DNA from: Eledone cirrhosa
Lineage: Eukaryota
DNA length: 64,000 nt
Reading direction: 5' to 3'
Assembly: GCA_964016885.1 (NCBI GenBank)
Contig: OZ024750.1
Coordinates: forward strand, 18,042,001 to 18,106,000
Shown piece by piece: positions 61,112 to 64,000 of the stretch (position 1 is its first letter; each line of letters begins with the position of its first letter). The position numbers were made by a program, and so were the translations under genes. The notes under the pieces are model-generated. The model had not been told where the DNA came from. It saw only the letters and a list, made by a program, of their open reading frames with translations, and searched no databases.

Positions 61112-61247
61112 TAAAACCCGTAGAGCAAATATCTCTTATAAGAGCAGATTAAAGTTTAAGCAAAGAATCGCTGCTTTCACTTTTAACGGAATCTTCGTTA
61201 AGGGTGAAAGCAGCGATTCCTTGCTTAAACTTTAATATGTTCTTATA

Positions 61248-61347
<100 letters not shown>

Positions 61348-61675
61348 GGTAAACAGAAATAACACAATCGGTACAGTATGTAGGAGATAACAAACAGAGG
61401 TACAAAAGGTCCTAATACTTTCACGCTTTATAGTGGAAAGCGGAAAGAAAGTTCCATGTGTCGGGTTTAATCCCTTCTTCAGGAGTACAAATAGAAACAG
61501 GATCACAATGGAGAAACAGAAAGAATGTCCAGTAAAATCACACAAAAAAAAAAAACGAAAATGAAAAGGGAAAACAAAAAAGCCGTTAGGTAGTCTTGGT
61601 AACGAGTAGGAACGCAAAGTGAAGTGTGTGAGTATATACCTGTATATAGATAGGTGCACAGAAACACACACATAT

Positions 61676-61740
<65 letters not shown>

Positions 61741-61994
61741 AGCGAAAAGCAAAAGATGGATGCTTTAACAAAAGTTAGTGTTTACATACCAAATTATGGC
61801 CGGGAAGTAACACAATGAGTGTAATATATCTAAAAGATTTGCATGGGATTTTTCCTTGGAAAAACTTTCTCCCAAAAGAGCTCTAGTAACCGGTGTAGGT
61901 CTTTCTTGTGGCGGTTCGTGATTAACTTGGACCAATACCGCCTCGACTTCCTCCGATCCTCTTCGCAAACAAACAGCGATTCTGTGTTCTCCTC

Positions 61995-62320
61995 ATCAAG
62001 CGTTGCTCTTCTTGATGGCGAATGCACTCGCATCGGAGTAGCCCAACGCCTCTGCCTCCGCGTGTGTGAGTCACATAAATGCCGCCGTGTGGCTGCCGTT
62101 GTCGAGTTTGGCCAGCATCTACTCTCATATCACCAGAGCGCAGCCTGGTTACCCCGATATGTCGCTCTGAACGACATATTGAGAAAAAGTCTGGATGCAT
62201 CTGGCTTCCCATCACAATTGGAGCCAGCAGGTGTCGACCTCGGAGACGGCAAGCGCCTCAACGGAATTACCATCTTCCCATTCGAAGGAGGTAAATCCCT
62301 CATCTGGGACACCACATTCT
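61995..62320 (+). mobile_element. CRE-clade (RLE-type) retrotransposon fragment
   Basis: LNDILRKSL..SQLEPAGVDLGDGKRLNGITIFPFEGGKSLIWDTT, matching a degenerate EP..DGKRPDG..WD.T motif. Confidence 0.75.
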
Positions 62321-62855
62321 TCCAACTTAGTCGCTTCAGCCACAAATCCCTGTACTTGCGGCCCACAACATTAGTACCAGTAAAGAACTGGCGTCAATTT
62401 AATCGCACTTCCCCCTCCTCTAAATTGCTGGTCTTGTGCCTAAATTATGCACCATTCTTGTTTTAATGTTTATTTCTGTTGGTCGATTTTAGATTACATT
62501 TCCACAGGAAAAAAGGAAAAAAGATTTCTCGGCATTTCCAGTCCTTTTCATTTCCTGCCTGTATTAATCCTTATACCACATGAGTTTGTATATAAACAGT
62601 AATTTATGTTAAGACGTCTTCCTTTTGCTTTCCACCGATGAGCGTTGGGCTCACAATCCTGAGGTATATACACACATCTGTACCACACACACTATATAGA
62701 TTAATTCCTAAGTGTAATAAGAAATAGAAGAATGTACAAATGTCAGGAAAGGGAACAGTGTATGAATCACTACCTGCTGTACACCAGGTCCGAACACAGA
62801 AGAGTCGAACTCCTACTGTCATCGCTTCCATCTCTCTCGCCCTCCCCATCTCTCT

Positions 62856-63105
62856 CTATTGTGAACAAGCAAATGGGGTCCCATGTGATGGCCGCTCTAG
62901 GGCCCCGGCGGACAGAATGGAGAAGGCGTTTCCCCGGAGGATGGCAAGGGAGAGGCGCTGGAAGAGCCATTCCAACTCGCGAGGCTCACACCCGCGGCTG
63001 GCCAGCTCAGCGCCTATGGTGGTAAGTAGGGAGGTAGCCCTAGGGCCAAGGACACCAGAGGTCTCCACTGCTAAGGGTTCGACTGCTGTCCCATTAAAAC
63101 AAATA
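62856..63105 (-). mobile_element. CRE-clade C-terminal fragment
   Basis: PLAVETSGVLG...LFQRLSLAILRGNAFSI; abuts (CA)n. Confidence 0.75.
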
Positions 63106-63140
63106 ACAGCAATTCTCATCGTAGTAACCGGTGGAGTACC

Positions 63141-63229
<89 letters not shown>

Positions 63230-63533
63230 ACGTATACACTGAAACACTAAACAACTCTCGCCTGAAATATTATTAGCAGAAAAACTGAACGACTCATCGT
63301 CGAAAGTGACGGAGGTCCATTCCATTTTATTCTCCCTGGTTCAAACAATACCGTATAATTCACTTTATTTATTACCTCTAAACACACACATATAAGAGGA
63401 GGTCAGAGCTGTTGTCTTCTACCAAGTATCTTTAGACCAGTTTCCCTCCATTCACTGGACTTTTAATTTAATTAATTCCAAGAACTGAAGCCATGATTTA
63501 TGTTTAATTTCCTTCACACACACACAAACAAAT

Positions 63534-63589
<56 letters not shown>

Positions 63590-63671
63590 ACACACACAAA
63601 TATATATATATATGTGTGTACACACACGCATGCATACACACACACGTACACGTACGCGGGCACACACACAC

Positions 63672-63716
<45 letters not shown>

Positions 63717-63887
63717 TGTGTGTGTGTAAAAGGTAAACAGAAATAACAACACAATCGGTACAGTATATGGAAGGGATATATTAATTTAACGCTTGAAAAT
63801 AAAAAATAAAAAAATAAATAAATATATATATATATCTTATCTGTCTGTGTATATACGTTACCCCACATATATCTTTGCCCCCCCCTC

Positions 63888-63945
<58 letters not shown>

Positions 63946-64000
63946 CAACAACTGATTCTTTTTTCAAATACCACTTTGGAAGAAGAATCAGGATGGAGAG

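Overview
AT-rich, microsatellite-laden metazoan genomic DNA. The SINE, RTE and Tx1 repertoire suggests a coleoid cephalopod such as Octopus (inference). Almost all short ORFs in the track are spurious, and the real genes are spliced and invisible to it. (1) A + strand gene with no start in this window spans 420 to ~39,020. It has 24 in-frame coding micro-exons (~500 aa), a 3'-UTR exon and one paralogous exon whose donor is mutated GT>AT. Its core is a family of symmetric phase-0 exons, mostly 57 nt, amplified by a ~1.4-kb tandem duplication. Each copy encodes a KR-led 19-aa module (KRIGRGARYPGEDFTDAEL-like), and a coiled-coil-like C-terminal region follows. (2) A convergent - strand gene encodes an 88-aa signal-peptide-bearing protein, with a diverged copy of its last exon in intron 1. 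(3) A near full-length Tx1/L1-clade LINE lies at 52.8-58.5 kb in GATA/TCTA repeats; its RT motif is YADN and its ORF1 is frameshifted. (4) Several minimal type-I hammerhead ribozymes of the Penelope-element type are present, plus long palindromes that repeatedly centre on hammerhead stem II. (5) There are many tRNA-derived SINEs, RTE and CRE relics, a Helitron-like element, MITEs and several minisatellites.
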